Sequence record: OR352954
Strand: one strand, 5' to 3'
Source: Escherichia phage AV124
DNA: 64,000 bases
Shown piece after piece: positions 1-8,521 of this stretch. The position numbers were made by a program, and so were the translations under genes. The notes below the pieces were generated by a model. The model was given only the letters and a program-made list of their open reading frames with translations. It had not been told where the DNA came from and ran no database searches. Every line of letters starts with the position of its first letter. Position 1 is the first letter of the stretch.

Positions 1-2
1 AA

Positions 3-194
3 AAAGATCTTGATCTTATCCATAACGTGGCCTTTTTGATTAGCGAGCTTGAAGAATATGTTGACGAACTAGATCTGAGCATCTATGATGACTACAGTGA
101 AATGAAATCAGCACAAAAAGAAGTGCTCAAATTATTGAAAAATCTCAGACGAAGGAGAGAACATGAAATTCAACGTAGACGATTTGGTCGCTAA
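3..194 (+). CDS. 3' end of an upstream gene (partial), unknown function
   Basis: Open frame from window edge to TAA at 192-194; acidic, helix-like translation; overlaps start of next gene. Confidence 0.3.
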   Translation, partial: KDLDLIHNVAFLISELEEYVDELDLSIYDDYSEMKSAQKEVLKLLKNLRRRREHEIQRRRFGR

Positions 195-1125
195 AAAACT
201 GGTAACCAAAAAGACTTACACCGAAGGCCCGTTCGCGGGTCTTTCTGTGCTGAAGTATAAGAACAATGTGTTCTGGGATAACCTGTGGCATACTGACCCA
301 CGACTGCTTGAGTGCCGTGGCATGGTTGTTGATGCAGAGGACAACGTTGTTATCTGGCCTTTCACGAAGATCTTCAACCGCTTCGAGAATAACACGGATG
401 TCCCTCAGGACCAGTTGGTATGCGTACCTCGTAAAATCAACGGCTTTATGGCAGCAATGAGTATTTACAATGGGGAGGTGATTGTATCTACCACAGGAAC
501 ACTTGATTCTGATTTTGCACAAATGGCAAAAGACAAAATCATTGGCTCTATGCCTGACGGAATGCTTGACTATTTCGTGAAGAACGCTGGACCTTGCACA
601 CTTATCTTTGAGATATGTGATGATAGCGACCCGCACATCGTCGCAGAAGAAGCAGGTGCTTATCTGATCGGTTGTCGTGTTCATTTAAGTGGTGGTATGC
701 TCCCAGAATGGGACCTTGATAAGGTCGCAAATCGTTATGGGTGGAAACGTGCTGGTTGGGACAACATGCTCTTCAGCGATGTTGTTAAGGCCTCTCAAAG
801 TGTTAACCATGAAGGTTTTGTTGTTCGCGATGTTGACACCAATGAGCTATTACTGAAAATCAAGTCTCCACATTACCTTGCGAAGAAATTCCTGATGCGC
901 GGGGGTGATAACAAGTGGGACATGATCTGGGATAACCCGAAAGAGGCCAAGAAGCGTATTGACGAAGAGTATTACGAGTTGCTTGACCATATCCGCGAGT
1001 ATTACTCTAAAGATGACTGGGCTGGGATGGACTCTCAAAAACGTCGTCAGGTTGTTGAAGATTATTTTGCGATTGAAGACCTCTTTGATCGCGATAGTCG
1101 TTTTTACGTTGGAGTTCAAAAATGA
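163..1125 (+). CDS. RNA ligase-like covalent nucleotidyltransferase (Rnl family)
   Basis: AGGAG RBS; motif I KINGF (KxNG), motif IV EGFVV, motif V LLKIK in correct order. Confidence 0.5.
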   Translation: MKFNVDDLVAKKLVTKKTYTEGPFAGLSVLKYKNNVFWDNLWHTDPRLLECRGMVVDAEDNVVIWPFTKIFNRFENNTDVPQDQLVCVPRKINGFMAAMSIYNGEVIVSTTGTLDSDFAQMAKDKIIGSMPDGMLDYFVKNAGPCTLIFEICDDSDPHIVAEEAGAYLIGCRVHLSGGMLPEWDLDKVANRYGWKRAGWDNMLFSDVVKASQSVNHEGFVVRDVDTNELLLKIKSPHYLAKKFLMRGGDNKWDMIWDNPKEAKKRIDEEYYELLDHIREYYSKDDWAGMDSQKRRQVVEDYFAIEDLFDRDSRFYVGVQK

Positions 1126-1466
1126 TTGTCTGGCTTGACGATTTAAGAGACCCTAAAGACTACGGTTATCCTGATGCATTGTGGTTCAAGACCTCTCAGA
1201 AATTTATGGATTTTCTTGATAATCGGTCAAAGTTCTATCGTTATGTCACAGAGTGGCATTTCGACAATGACCTCGGTGAAGATTCAGAAATGGAGGGCTA
1301 TGACTGCCTGTTAGCCTTGGAAGAGAAGCTTGTGTATGGGAAACTTCCTGTGCATGATGCTAAACTCTATGTCCACACGTCTAACCCTTCTGCTGCACAA
1401 AAGTTCATGCTTGCAAAAGAGAGCTTCTCGAAGTATCGTATTACGATCTTGAGAAACAATTACTGA
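1122..1466 (+). CDS. hypothetical protein
   Basis: ORF with ATGA start/stop overlap to upstream gene. Confidence 0.5.
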   Translation: MIVWLDDLRDPKDYGYPDALWFKTSQKFMDFLDNRSKFYRYVTEWHFDNDLGEDSEMEGYDCLLALEEKLVYGKLPVHDAKLYVHTSNPSAAQKFMLAKESFSKYRITILRNNY

Positions 1467-1475
1467 GGAGAAGAG

Positions 1476-1883
1476 ATGGAAAAGACTCTGATTATCCTGC
1501 GCGGTGTGTCTGGTGCTGGTAAATCTACAGTTGCAGATATGCTAGCAGAATGTTTGTGGCCTATCTGTGAAGCAGATAAATTTCACTACACGGAAGATGG
1601 TGTTTACGACTGGAAACCTGAAAATATCCAGGCAGCGCATAAATGGTGCCAAGATCAAGTAAAGGAAATGATGGAATGGAAATTTCGTAAAATCATCTTG
1701 TCTAATACTTCTACCAGTGAAAAAGAACTGAAACCTTATCTTGATCTCGCTGCGGAGAATGGGTATCGTGTTATCAGCCTAGTGGTCGAGAACCGCCACG
1801 GGAATGATTCTATTCACAGTGTTCCGCAGGAAACTCGTGATGCTCAAGAGCGTCGTCTGCGTAACTCATTGAAATTACAGTAG
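1476..1883 (+). CDS. small P-loop kinase (polynucleotide-kinase-like)
   Basis: Walker A GVSGAGKST near N-terminus; RBS GAGGAG. Confidence 0.4.
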   Translation: MEKTLIILRGVSGAGKSTVADMLAECLWPICEADKFHYTEDGVYDWKPENIQAAHKWCQDQVKEMMEWKFRKIILSNTSTSEKELKPYLDLAAENGYRVISLVVENRHGNDSIHSVPQETRDAQERRLRNSLKLQ

Positions 1884-1893
1884 GAGGAAATAA

Positions 1894-2670
1894 TTGAGGC
1901 GTTTAATTGTTATTAGTGGCGCTGGTTTCTCTGCCGAGAGTGGTGTCCGTACATTCCGTACAGATACTGACTCCGGTAAAGCTCTGTGGGATGAATACGA
2001 CCTTGAGGAGGTTTGTAACATACACGCCTTCCGTGGTAACTTCTACCATAAAACGCACATGTTTTATAACAAGCGTCGTGCAGAGTTACCAACGGTACAT
2101 CCGAATGCGGCGCATCTTCGCGTGGCTGAGTGGTACAAACGTTATCCTGGGCAGGTTGTTAACATGACGACTAACGTTGATGACCTTCTGGAACGTGCGG
2201 GTGTCCCTAAAGAAGATACTCTTTACATACATGGTTATCTGAAAGAGATCCTTGTTAAAGATGCTTTCACCAAGAAGATAAAGGTTGTCGATATTGGTTA
2301 CGACCAAATTGATCCTGATGATTATGATTGGTGTAAACCAAACGTAATTTTCTTTGGTGAAAATGCCCCGGCGTATGGACCTATGTATGATACCTTAGAG
2401 TCCTTGACAAACCAAGATCTTGTAATTGTTGTTGGTTGCTCAAACACGGTAATCAACTTCAACTGGGAGTTGTTCCCTGCGGTTGTGCGGGGGACTAAAG
2501 TTGTTGTTGTCAATCCTGCTATTAGGTATGATGAACAAATGATGTATGAGAATGCGGGTGTTCTTGTATATCGTACCGGAGCTGTTGATGCCTTTAATAA
2601 TCCCGGCCTTATCAAGATAGTTGAGAATCACCTTGAAGGTAAGACACCATTGCAAAGCAAGGAGAAATAA
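1894..2670 (+). CDS. Sir2-family NAD-dependent deacylase / ADP-ribosyltransferase-like protein
   Basis: GAGFSAESGVRTFR (Sir2 GAGISxxSGIPxFR), NVDDL, IHG, PNVIFFGE motifs. Confidence 0.65.
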   Translation: MRRLIVISGAGFSAESGVRTFRTDTDSGKALWDEYDLEEVCNIHAFRGNFYHKTHMFYNKRRAELPTVHPNAAHLRVAEWYKRYPGQVVNMTTNVDDLLERAGVPKEDTLYIHGYLKEILVKDAFTKKIKVVDIGYDQIDPDDYDWCKPNVIFFGENAPAYGPMYDTLESLTNQDLVIVVGCSNTVINFNWELFPAVVRGTKVVVVNPAIRYDEQMMYENAGVLVYRTGAVDAFNNPGLIKIVENHLEGKTPLQSKEK

Positions 2671-3983
2671 TGCAACAAGTAAACAGTACACTGTACGCCC
2701 TTAATAAAGATGGTTCTTTCCAGTGTTGGAAGGTGTTTATTGCTGGTAATCAGGTAGTTGTAGAGTTTGGCAAGGTTGGTGGTAAGAAGCAACAAAAGGT
2801 TACCACCTGTGAACCGAAGAACGTTGGACGTTCTAACGAAACCACCGCAGAACAGCAGGCATTGGTTGAGGCGGTTTCCAAATGGGAGAAACAGGTTCGC
2901 CTTGGATATCGTGACGATACAAGCAAGCTTGAGCAGGAAGAGAACTTCTCCCCAATGCTGGCCCATGACGCAATTAAACGTTCAAAATCAATAGTTTATC
3001 CTGCATACGTGCAGCCTAAGCTAGATGGTGTACGTGCTCTGGTTACTCTTGATGCAGATGGCTTCCCACAATTCAATAGCCGTGGTAACAAACTGTATCC
3101 TGTACCGCTTGATTCTGAGTTGTCTGAACAGGTTAAATCCCTTTCTGAGCATTCCGGGTTTGACAAATTCGATGGGGAGCTGTACATTCATGGTCTGAGT
3201 CTGCAAAAGATTGTCGCTCTTGCTAAGAAGTGGCGTACACCAGAGCAGATCGAAGAAGAGATTGAAAAGGATTATCAGTCTGACCTGAAGCGCCATCAGA
3301 AAGCTATTGACAATGGGGAAGACAGTTGGAAAGATTTCGATGGTGATGTTTACTCTGTCGCAATCGAACCAGTTAAAGATGTTGATCGTTATGGCGGCTA
3401 TTCAAGCCTTGACCTAGAGTACCATATCTTCGACATTCCGTGTTCAAATAAACCTTGGATGATTAACGATGGGATTTCAGACTATACAGATAAGGAGTGT
3501 CGATACAAAGACCTTATGGACACTGACCACTTCACCTCTGTTATTAAAGCAGATAAAATAAATGTGGTCCAAGGGAATGTCTTTGACACTGAGGATGAGG
3601 TTAAGCAATCAATCGGACATTTTATGCAGCAAGGCTTTGAGGGTGCTATCATCCGAAATTTCAAAGGTGTCTATGAATTTGGTCAGAGATCTTCTGATCT
3701 CCAGAAATGGAAACTTTTCCAAGACGGTGAGGCTAAAGTCCTTGATTCTGTGGAAGATAAGAACGGTGAGGGTGTATTACTCTGCGAAGAGAAAGATGGT
3801 ACACGTTTCAACTGTAAAATGAAGGGAACCCACGCAGAGAGATCTCAGGAACGAATGCTCCTGCTGGTGGGTAAGTTTATTAACTTCACGTTCCAGGCTA
3901 GAACTGATGATGGTGTTCCTCAGTTTGCCATAGGCCAAAGCGTTCGTGAACTCGATACATTAACATGGGAACCTACTTATTAG
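2670..3983 (+). CDS. ATP-dependent DNA ligase
   Basis: Motif I KLDGVRAL, motif III FDGELY, motif IV EGAIIRN, motif V LQKWKLF. Confidence 0.8.
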   Translation: MQQVNSTLYALNKDGSFQCWKVFIAGNQVVVEFGKVGGKKQQKVTTCEPKNVGRSNETTAEQQALVEAVSKWEKQVRLGYRDDTSKLEQEENFSPMLAHDAIKRSKSIVYPAYVQPKLDGVRALVTLDADGFPQFNSRGNKLYPVPLDSELSEQVKSLSEHSGFDKFDGELYIHGLSLQKIVALAKKWRTPEQIEEEIEKDYQSDLKRHQKAIDNGEDSWKDFDGDVYSVAIEPVKDVDRYGGYSSLDLEYHIFDIPCSNKPWMINDGISDYTDKECRYKDLMDTDHFTSVIKADKINVVQGNVFDTEDEVKQSIGHFMQQGFEGAIIRNFKGVYEFGQRSSDLQKWKLFQDGEAKVLDSVEDKNGEGVLLCEEKDGTRFNCKMKGTHAERSQERMLLLVGKFINFTFQARTDDGVPQFAIGQSVRELDTLTWEPTY

Positions 3984-4038
3984 CGTATATAATGTCGGTA
4001 TAAATGATTCTTCTACACCAGTCTACTCAAATGGAAAC

Positions 4039-4574
4039 ATGGATGTCTATTACTCAAGATGGAAAGACATCCTTAAAAGATGCTATTCTGAAAGCTTTCA
4101 TGCAAACAACCCTTCCTACATTGGATGCTCTGTTTGTGAAGAATGGAAAACATTTTCTATCTTTAAGGCTTGGTTAGTAGGTTCTGGATTTGATGGAACA
4201 CAGGTTATTGATAAAGACCTTTTGTTCAGGGGAACAAATTGTACAGTCCAGAAACTTGTGTTTTGATTGATTCAGAACTTAACTCTTTTTTAGCGATTGG
4301 CGGTAGAGGTTCTCACTTGCCCCACGGGGTTGGTTTGCAAAGCGGTAAATGTGTAAAACCTTATACAGCAAAGATTAAGGACTCTGTTAAGACAGAGTAT
4401 ATTGGAAGCTATGAGACAGCAATGGATGCTCATAAGGCTTGGCAAAATAGAAAATATCAGGCAGCATGTAATCTTTCTTTAAGGTATGATGACCCAATTA
4501 GAGCATACATTGTAAACGCAGCAAATAGGATTTTAGAAGATATAGAAAACAATAGACAGACAAAGGAGATATAA
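4039..4574 (+). pseudogene. frameshifted AP2-domain homing-endonuclease-like gene (paralog of 21765..22349)
   Basis: ORFs 4039..4266 and 4239..4574 align end-to-end with the intact paralog; single-nt frame change near 4236-4245. Confidence 0.5.
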
Positions 4575-5035
4575 TGGGATTTTATCGTAAAAAACCTGTA
4601 GAGGTTGAAGCACATAAGTTTGACGGATCGTCAACCAGCGCAGGGCAGATCCATAATTGGATGGAAACTGGTGTGTGGAAGGATTCCGAAATCCACACTC
4701 GTGATTGTGGTCGTACTGTAGAGATAAAAACCCCAGAGGGGGTGGTTGTAGCCTCTGCTGGGGATTATGTAATTAAAGGGGTGGCTGGAGAATTCTATCC
4801 TTGCAAATCAGAAATTTTCCATGCAACATATGACCCGCTGGAAGACACTGATCGGGAACCTGGGAACTACCCAGCTAAAGCAATCCGTAAGGGTGATGAG
4901 ATCATGTTTTGCGGAAAGGTTTATACCGTAACGAATACTGGTGCGATGGGGGAGGATGTTATCCTGACTCTCGGCGATGGTTCCCAAATCCCTGTGCGCC
5001 CGGATACTCAAATTATCGTAACAAAGGCACAGTAA
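4574..5035 (+). CDS. hypothetical protein
   Basis: ORF, ATGA overlap with upstream ORF, RBS AAGGAG. Confidence 0.5.
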   Translation: MGFYRKKPVEVEAHKFDGSSTSAGQIHNWMETGVWKDSEIHTRDCGRTVEIKTPEGVVVASAGDYVIKGVAGEFYPCKSEIFHATYDPLEDTDREPGNYPAKAIRKGDEIMFCGKVYTVTNTGAMGEDVILTLGDGSQIPVRPDTQIIVTKAQ

Positions 5036-5036
5036 A

Positions 5037-5387
5037 ATGATCTGGTATTGGCTGGCGCTACTAGGCGCATCATTTGTAACAGGAGGCGGCATTTATACCG
5101 CTTACAGATTCCGAAAAGATAAGCTGGATGATTTCTTTGACTGGGTTGCTGGAAAGGTTAAACGTCTGCTGATCATCTGGGTATTTGTTATGGGCCTTGT
5201 TACGCTGGCCCTTACTGTCCCATTATGGAATACTATGACTTGTCAGTTCGACGGCTGGGCCGCGAATACAGAGACCAGTTATTCATGGTACAAATCAACC
5301 TGCCTGTATAAAAGCAAGACAGGGGCATGGCTACCTTTAGGTATCAGTCGTGATCAACCGCAAGGAGATGGTGATGCATCAAATTAA
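5037..5387 (+). CDS. membrane protein
   Basis: Two hydrophobic helices in translation. Confidence 0.45.
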   Translation: MIWYWLALLGASFVTGGGIYTAYRFRKDKLDDFFDWVAGKVKRLLIIWVFVMGLVTLALTVPLWNTMTCQFDGWAANTETSYSWYKSTCLYKSKTGAWLPLGISRDQPQGDGDASN

Positions 5388-5628
5388 AGAAAATACTGTA
5401 GATTTTGAAGCGCATATCTACGATTCTGCGATGAACGACAACTACAGATGGTCAATTCGTCCAGATCCTGATCTGCCAGGTTCAGTTAACCTTTCTTACA
5501 ATGAGTTAGCTCATTATGACAACCGTTCTCGCCAAGGTTATGAACAGCGGGGTATGGTAGGTTTCGATAAAGAAACTTGGGAAAAAATTAAATACGCCAT
5601 CGATGGTGTTTTTGAAAAAACAATTTAG
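5374..5628 (+). CDS. hypothetical protein
   Basis: ORF; AAGGAG RBS before internal ATG. Confidence 0.4.
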   Translation: MHQIKENTVDFEAHIYDSAMNDNYRWSIRPDPDLPGSVNLSYNELAHYDNRSRQGYEQRGMVGFDKETWEKIKYAIDGVFEKTI

Positions 5629-5636
5629 GAGATTTA

Positions 5637-6314
5637 ATGAAAGAAGCTTATGATACTCTGAATGCTATGCTGCGCCCAACCTCTCTTGTTAAGTATGCGA
5701 AACATGTTGTAGATTGGAATTCTATCGCAGCCTCTGCAAAGGGTGAATTTACCCCATTGGAAAAGCAGTGGGAGTTTGTAGGAGAGGAGTTACAAGAAAC
5801 CGTTACAGCATTAATCGAAAATGACCGTAAGGAAGTTGTTGATGGAGCGTGTGATTTGTTTGTTGTGGCGTCGTATGCTTATTGGTTGAGTAATAACTAT
5901 TCGCTATCCTCAGATAAATATTTAACTTATAATCCTGACCTTAAGTTTTCTCCTGGTAAAGCTTTGGATGCTTTTGCGAATGATGACTATGAGGGGATGC
6001 TTAAATTGAGCACAGCTTTGTTGTTTGGTCTTGATATGCAATTGCATAAGAACATGCATAGCGTTCTGGAATCTAATGATTCTAAATATCCAACACTTAG
6101 TGAAATTCAGTCTTTGCATAAAGACCTTGACTTGGCAAAAGCCCTTGAGGCAGAATGCACCTGTATCGAACAGCGTAATGGTGGACGCTATGAAGGTGTT
6201 CATTTCTCCATTGTTGATGAGAATATGAAAGAAGAGCCACGTGTCGTATTCTTCGACAAAGGCGGTAAAATCATGAAGCCAGGGACTTTCAAAAAACCAA
6301 ACATTATTGTTTGA
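5637..6314 (+). CDS. hypothetical protein, possibly MazG-like NTP pyrophosphohydrolase
   Basis: EFVGEELQE ... DGACDLFVV resembles MazG EExxE/D motifs; weak. Confidence 0.3.
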   Translation: MKEAYDTLNAMLRPTSLVKYAKHVVDWNSIAASAKGEFTPLEKQWEFVGEELQETVTALIENDRKEVVDGACDLFVVASYAYWLSNNYSLSSDKYLTYNPDLKFSPGKALDAFANDDYEGMLKLSTALLFGLDMQLHKNMHSVLESNDSKYPTLSEIQSLHKDLDLAKALEAECTCIEQRNGGRYEGVHFSIVDENMKEEPRVVFFDKGGKIMKPGTFKKPNIIV

Positions 6315-6339
6315 CAATCGTATCGGGGTCTGTATAATG
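6312..6339 (+). promoter_or_regulatory. sigma70-type promoter (TTGACA-N16-TATAAT)
   Basis: Perfect consensus hexamers. Confidence 0.55.
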
Positions 6340-6366
6340 ACCCCATCAAGACAAAAGGAGAAAGAA

Positions 6367-6591
6367 GTGGAAGAAAATATTGATTATTCTGAAATTGTTG
6401 CCTTGGCTAAACGCCTTAAAATGACCATCATGAATCGCGGGGCATCTTCCCGTCATGTTATCCGCTTCACAATGAAGCGTCGTTGGGGCGGCGTAAAGAA
6501 ATACGCTTATGAATGCACACTCGGAACTCTGGTAGCTCATGTAAACCAGATCGAGAGAATGGGCGGAAAAATTGTCGGAATTGACAATTAA
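6367..6591 (+). CDS. hypothetical protein (GTG start)
   Basis: AAGGAG RBS then GTG downstream of consensus promoter; track ORF 6307 start lies upstream of promoter. Confidence 0.4.
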   Translation: MEENIDYSEIVALAKRLKMTIMNRGASSRHVIRFTMKRRWGGVKKYAYECTLGTLVAHVNQIERMGGKIVGIDN

Positions 6592-6594
6592 AGT

Positions 6595-6622
6595 TTGACA
6601 AATAAAACTGAACGGTTATACT
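6595..6622 (+). promoter_or_regulatory. sigma70-type promoter (TTGACA-N16-TATACT)
   Basis: Consensus -35 and near-consensus -10, followed by AAAGGAG RBS and ATG 6654. Confidence 0.5.
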
Positions 6623-6653
6623 TACCACACTAAACCAAACAAAGGAGCAATAT

Positions 6654-7013
6654 ATGCCACGTATGCCAAAAATCAAAATCGAACTGATCACCTCTCTGCC
6701 ATCTGACCCGGTTCAGCGTAAGCGCCTGAAAGATAGCGTAACTGAAGTGGTTGATCTCCAGCGTCAAATCGCTGATCTGAAAGACCAGATCAAAGATATT
6801 CGCTCTGTGGAGAAAGAAACGCATAATATCTCTCCAAAATTCTTCAATAGTCTCGTGAAGCGAGAGTATGATGTTCGTTTCGAAGCAGAAAAGAAAACCG
6901 CTGCATTAGAGGCCGAAAAAGAAGTCTTCACCGAGGCAGATATTCTTTTTGGTCGTGGAACACCCAATGTTGCACAGACTGAAGCAGATGATGGTGCTGA
7001 GGACACTGAATAA
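6654..7013 (+). CDS. hypothetical protein
   Basis: ORF with strong RBS. Confidence 0.5.
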   Translation: MPRMPKIKIELITSLPSDPVQRKRLKDSVTEVVDLQRQIADLKDQIKDIRSVEKETHNISPKFFNSLVKREYDVRFEAEKKTAALEAEKEVFTEADILFGRGTPNVAQTEADDGAEDTE

Positions 7014-7213
7014 TGAAATACTACCTAAATGGTGTTGGCCTCTTTGTCTTCATCTGTGTCGTATTCGGGTTTGGTGTTCCAACTCTGGTTTCTGCCAAAG
7101 ATACAATCAGTGTTATTGGCGGGTTTGCCTTAGTCTTCACTGCCCCGGTTGTCGTATGGTACTGGTTGCGTAAGGTCTTCATTCCGAAGACAAGCGCTGA
7201 AGGAGATCGATAA
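7013..7213 (+). CDS. small membrane protein
   Basis: Two TM-like segments; ATGA overlap. Confidence 0.4.
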   Translation: MKYYLNGVGLFVFICVVFGFGVPTLVSAKDTISVIGGFALVFTAPVVVWYWLRKVFIPKTSAEGDR

Positions 7214-7377
7214 TGTTGCTAAATCTGAAGGCGGCAACTTGGGAAAAGTTGCAGCACTTGGCAAAGTCCAAAGGTAAGTCTGCGGCATCTTATGTTGCAA
7301 AAATCGTAGATGACCACGTTGATGAAAACGTAAAGACTGAGTATAAAATCAAAGAGGAGAAACAAACTGATGCTTAA
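7213..7377 (+). CDS. small protein, possibly ribbon-helix-helix-like
   Basis: 54-aa ORF not in track; KAATWEKLQHLAKSKGKSAASYVAKIV pattern; stop overlaps SPFH gene start. Confidence 0.3.
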   Translation: MLLNLKAATWEKLQHLAKSKGKSAASYVAKIVDDHVDENVKTEYKIKEEKQTDA

Positions 7378-8260
7378 GAATATCAAACGCGTAGTATTTG
7401 CTGGACTGATCGCTCTGGGTGCAATTGGTCTGACTGGTTGTGAACGTGCAACTGTTCCGGCGGGTTATGTTGGTGTTAAGGTTGACCTGTATGGTGATGA
7501 GAAAGGCGTTCAGCAGCAAGAAGTCGGCGTTGGTAAATATTGGTTGACCTGGAACGAAGAGATCTATCAGTTCCCGACGTTTAACCAGTTGAACAACTAC
7601 GAACAACCGTTCAACTTCCAGACCAAGGATTCCATGACGGTTACTGCAAAGATCGGTGTTGAGTATTACGTTGACCGCTCCAAGGTTACCAAGATCTTCC
7701 AGACCTACCGTAAAGGCGTCCAAGAGATTACAGATGTCAACATCCGTCAGAACATCTCTGATGCGCTGATCAAAGAAGCTGGTACGATGGATATTGGTAC
7801 ACTTGCTGGTGATGGTAAATCTCAGCTTCTAGACCGAGTGACCAAGACACTGAAGCAGAAACTTGACCCGGTAGGTATCGTTATTGTAAAACTATCTTAC
7901 ACTGATGACCTTGGTTATCCTCCTCAGGTAACTGCGTCCATCAATGCTAAGATCGAAGCTACTCAGAAAGCTCTGCTGCGTGAAAACGAAATCCAGCAGA
8001 CTAAAGCTGAAGCTCAGAAACAAATTGAAGCAGCTCGCGGTGAAGCAGAATCCCAGCGACTTCAAGCTCAGGGCCAGGCCGATGCTAAAGTAGCTCTGGC
8101 AAAAGGTGAAGCAGAATCCATCCAACTGCGTGGTGATGCTCTCCGTAAGAACCCTGAAATCATGCAACTGGAAGCGATCAACAAGTGGGACGGTAAAACC
8201 CCGACCATTATGGGTGGCAACGGTGCAGTACCTTTCGTAAATCTGCCAGCAGGTAAGTAA
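7370..8260 (+). CDS. SPFH/band-7 (prohibitin/HflKC-like) lipoprotein
   Basis: Signal peptide with lipobox LTGC; SPFH core then Ala/Gln/Glu-rich coiled coil. Confidence 0.7.
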   Translation: MLKNIKRVVFAGLIALGAIGLTGCERATVPAGYVGVKVDLYGDEKGVQQQEVGVGKYWLTWNEEIYQFPTFNQLNNYEQPFNFQTKDSMTVTAKIGVEYYVDRSKVTKIFQTYRKGVQEITDVNIRQNISDALIKEAGTMDIGTLAGDGKSQLLDRVTKTLKQKLDPVGIVIVKLSYTDDLGYPPQVTASINAKIEATQKALLRENEIQQTKAEAQKQIEAARGEAESQRLQAQGQADAKVALAKGEAESIQLRGDALRKNPEIMQLEAINKWDGKTPTIMGGNGAVPFVNLPAGK

Positions 8261-8263
8261 AGG

Positions 8264-8292
8264 TTGACAAAAGGCCCGGTGATTAGTATCAT
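8264..8292 (+). promoter_or_regulatory. sigma70-type promoter (TTGACA-N17-TATCAT)
   Basis: Hexamers upstream of AAAGGAG RBS and ATG 8323. Confidence 0.45.
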
Positions 8293-8322
8293 CGGGTATC
8301 TACTTACAAAAGGAGATACACA

Positions 8323-8517
8323 ATGATCCGCACAAAAATTCTTATCGCAGCATTGCTGCTATCTTCTCCGGTATTCGCGACTGTAAACACTCTTGATTTG
8401 GTTGATGAATACACCGACGGAAGTTCTAAAGTCTGCATCTACAGCGACGGTAATCGCACAGAATCTGTTCTGAAAGAAGGTGCTGGTTCTTGTCCAAGTA
8501 AGAAAACATTTCATTGA
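8323..8517 (+). CDS. small secreted protein
   Basis: N-terminal signal peptide MIRTKILIAALLLSSPVFA. Confidence 0.45.
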   Translation: MIRTKILIAALLLSSPVFATVNTLDLVDEYTDGSSKVCIYSDGNRTESVLKEGAGSCPSKKTFH

Positions 8518-8521
8518 GGCA

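Noticed and set aside
145-684. Antisense ORFs overlapping well-supported genes (e.g. 145..684, 850..1119, 2086..2307, 20905..21504, 23770..24582, 25415..26011, 55953..56441)
   Set aside because: They lie opposite to ORFs with clear motifs, RBSs and operon context, and their translations are low-complexity or motif-free; treated as spurious.
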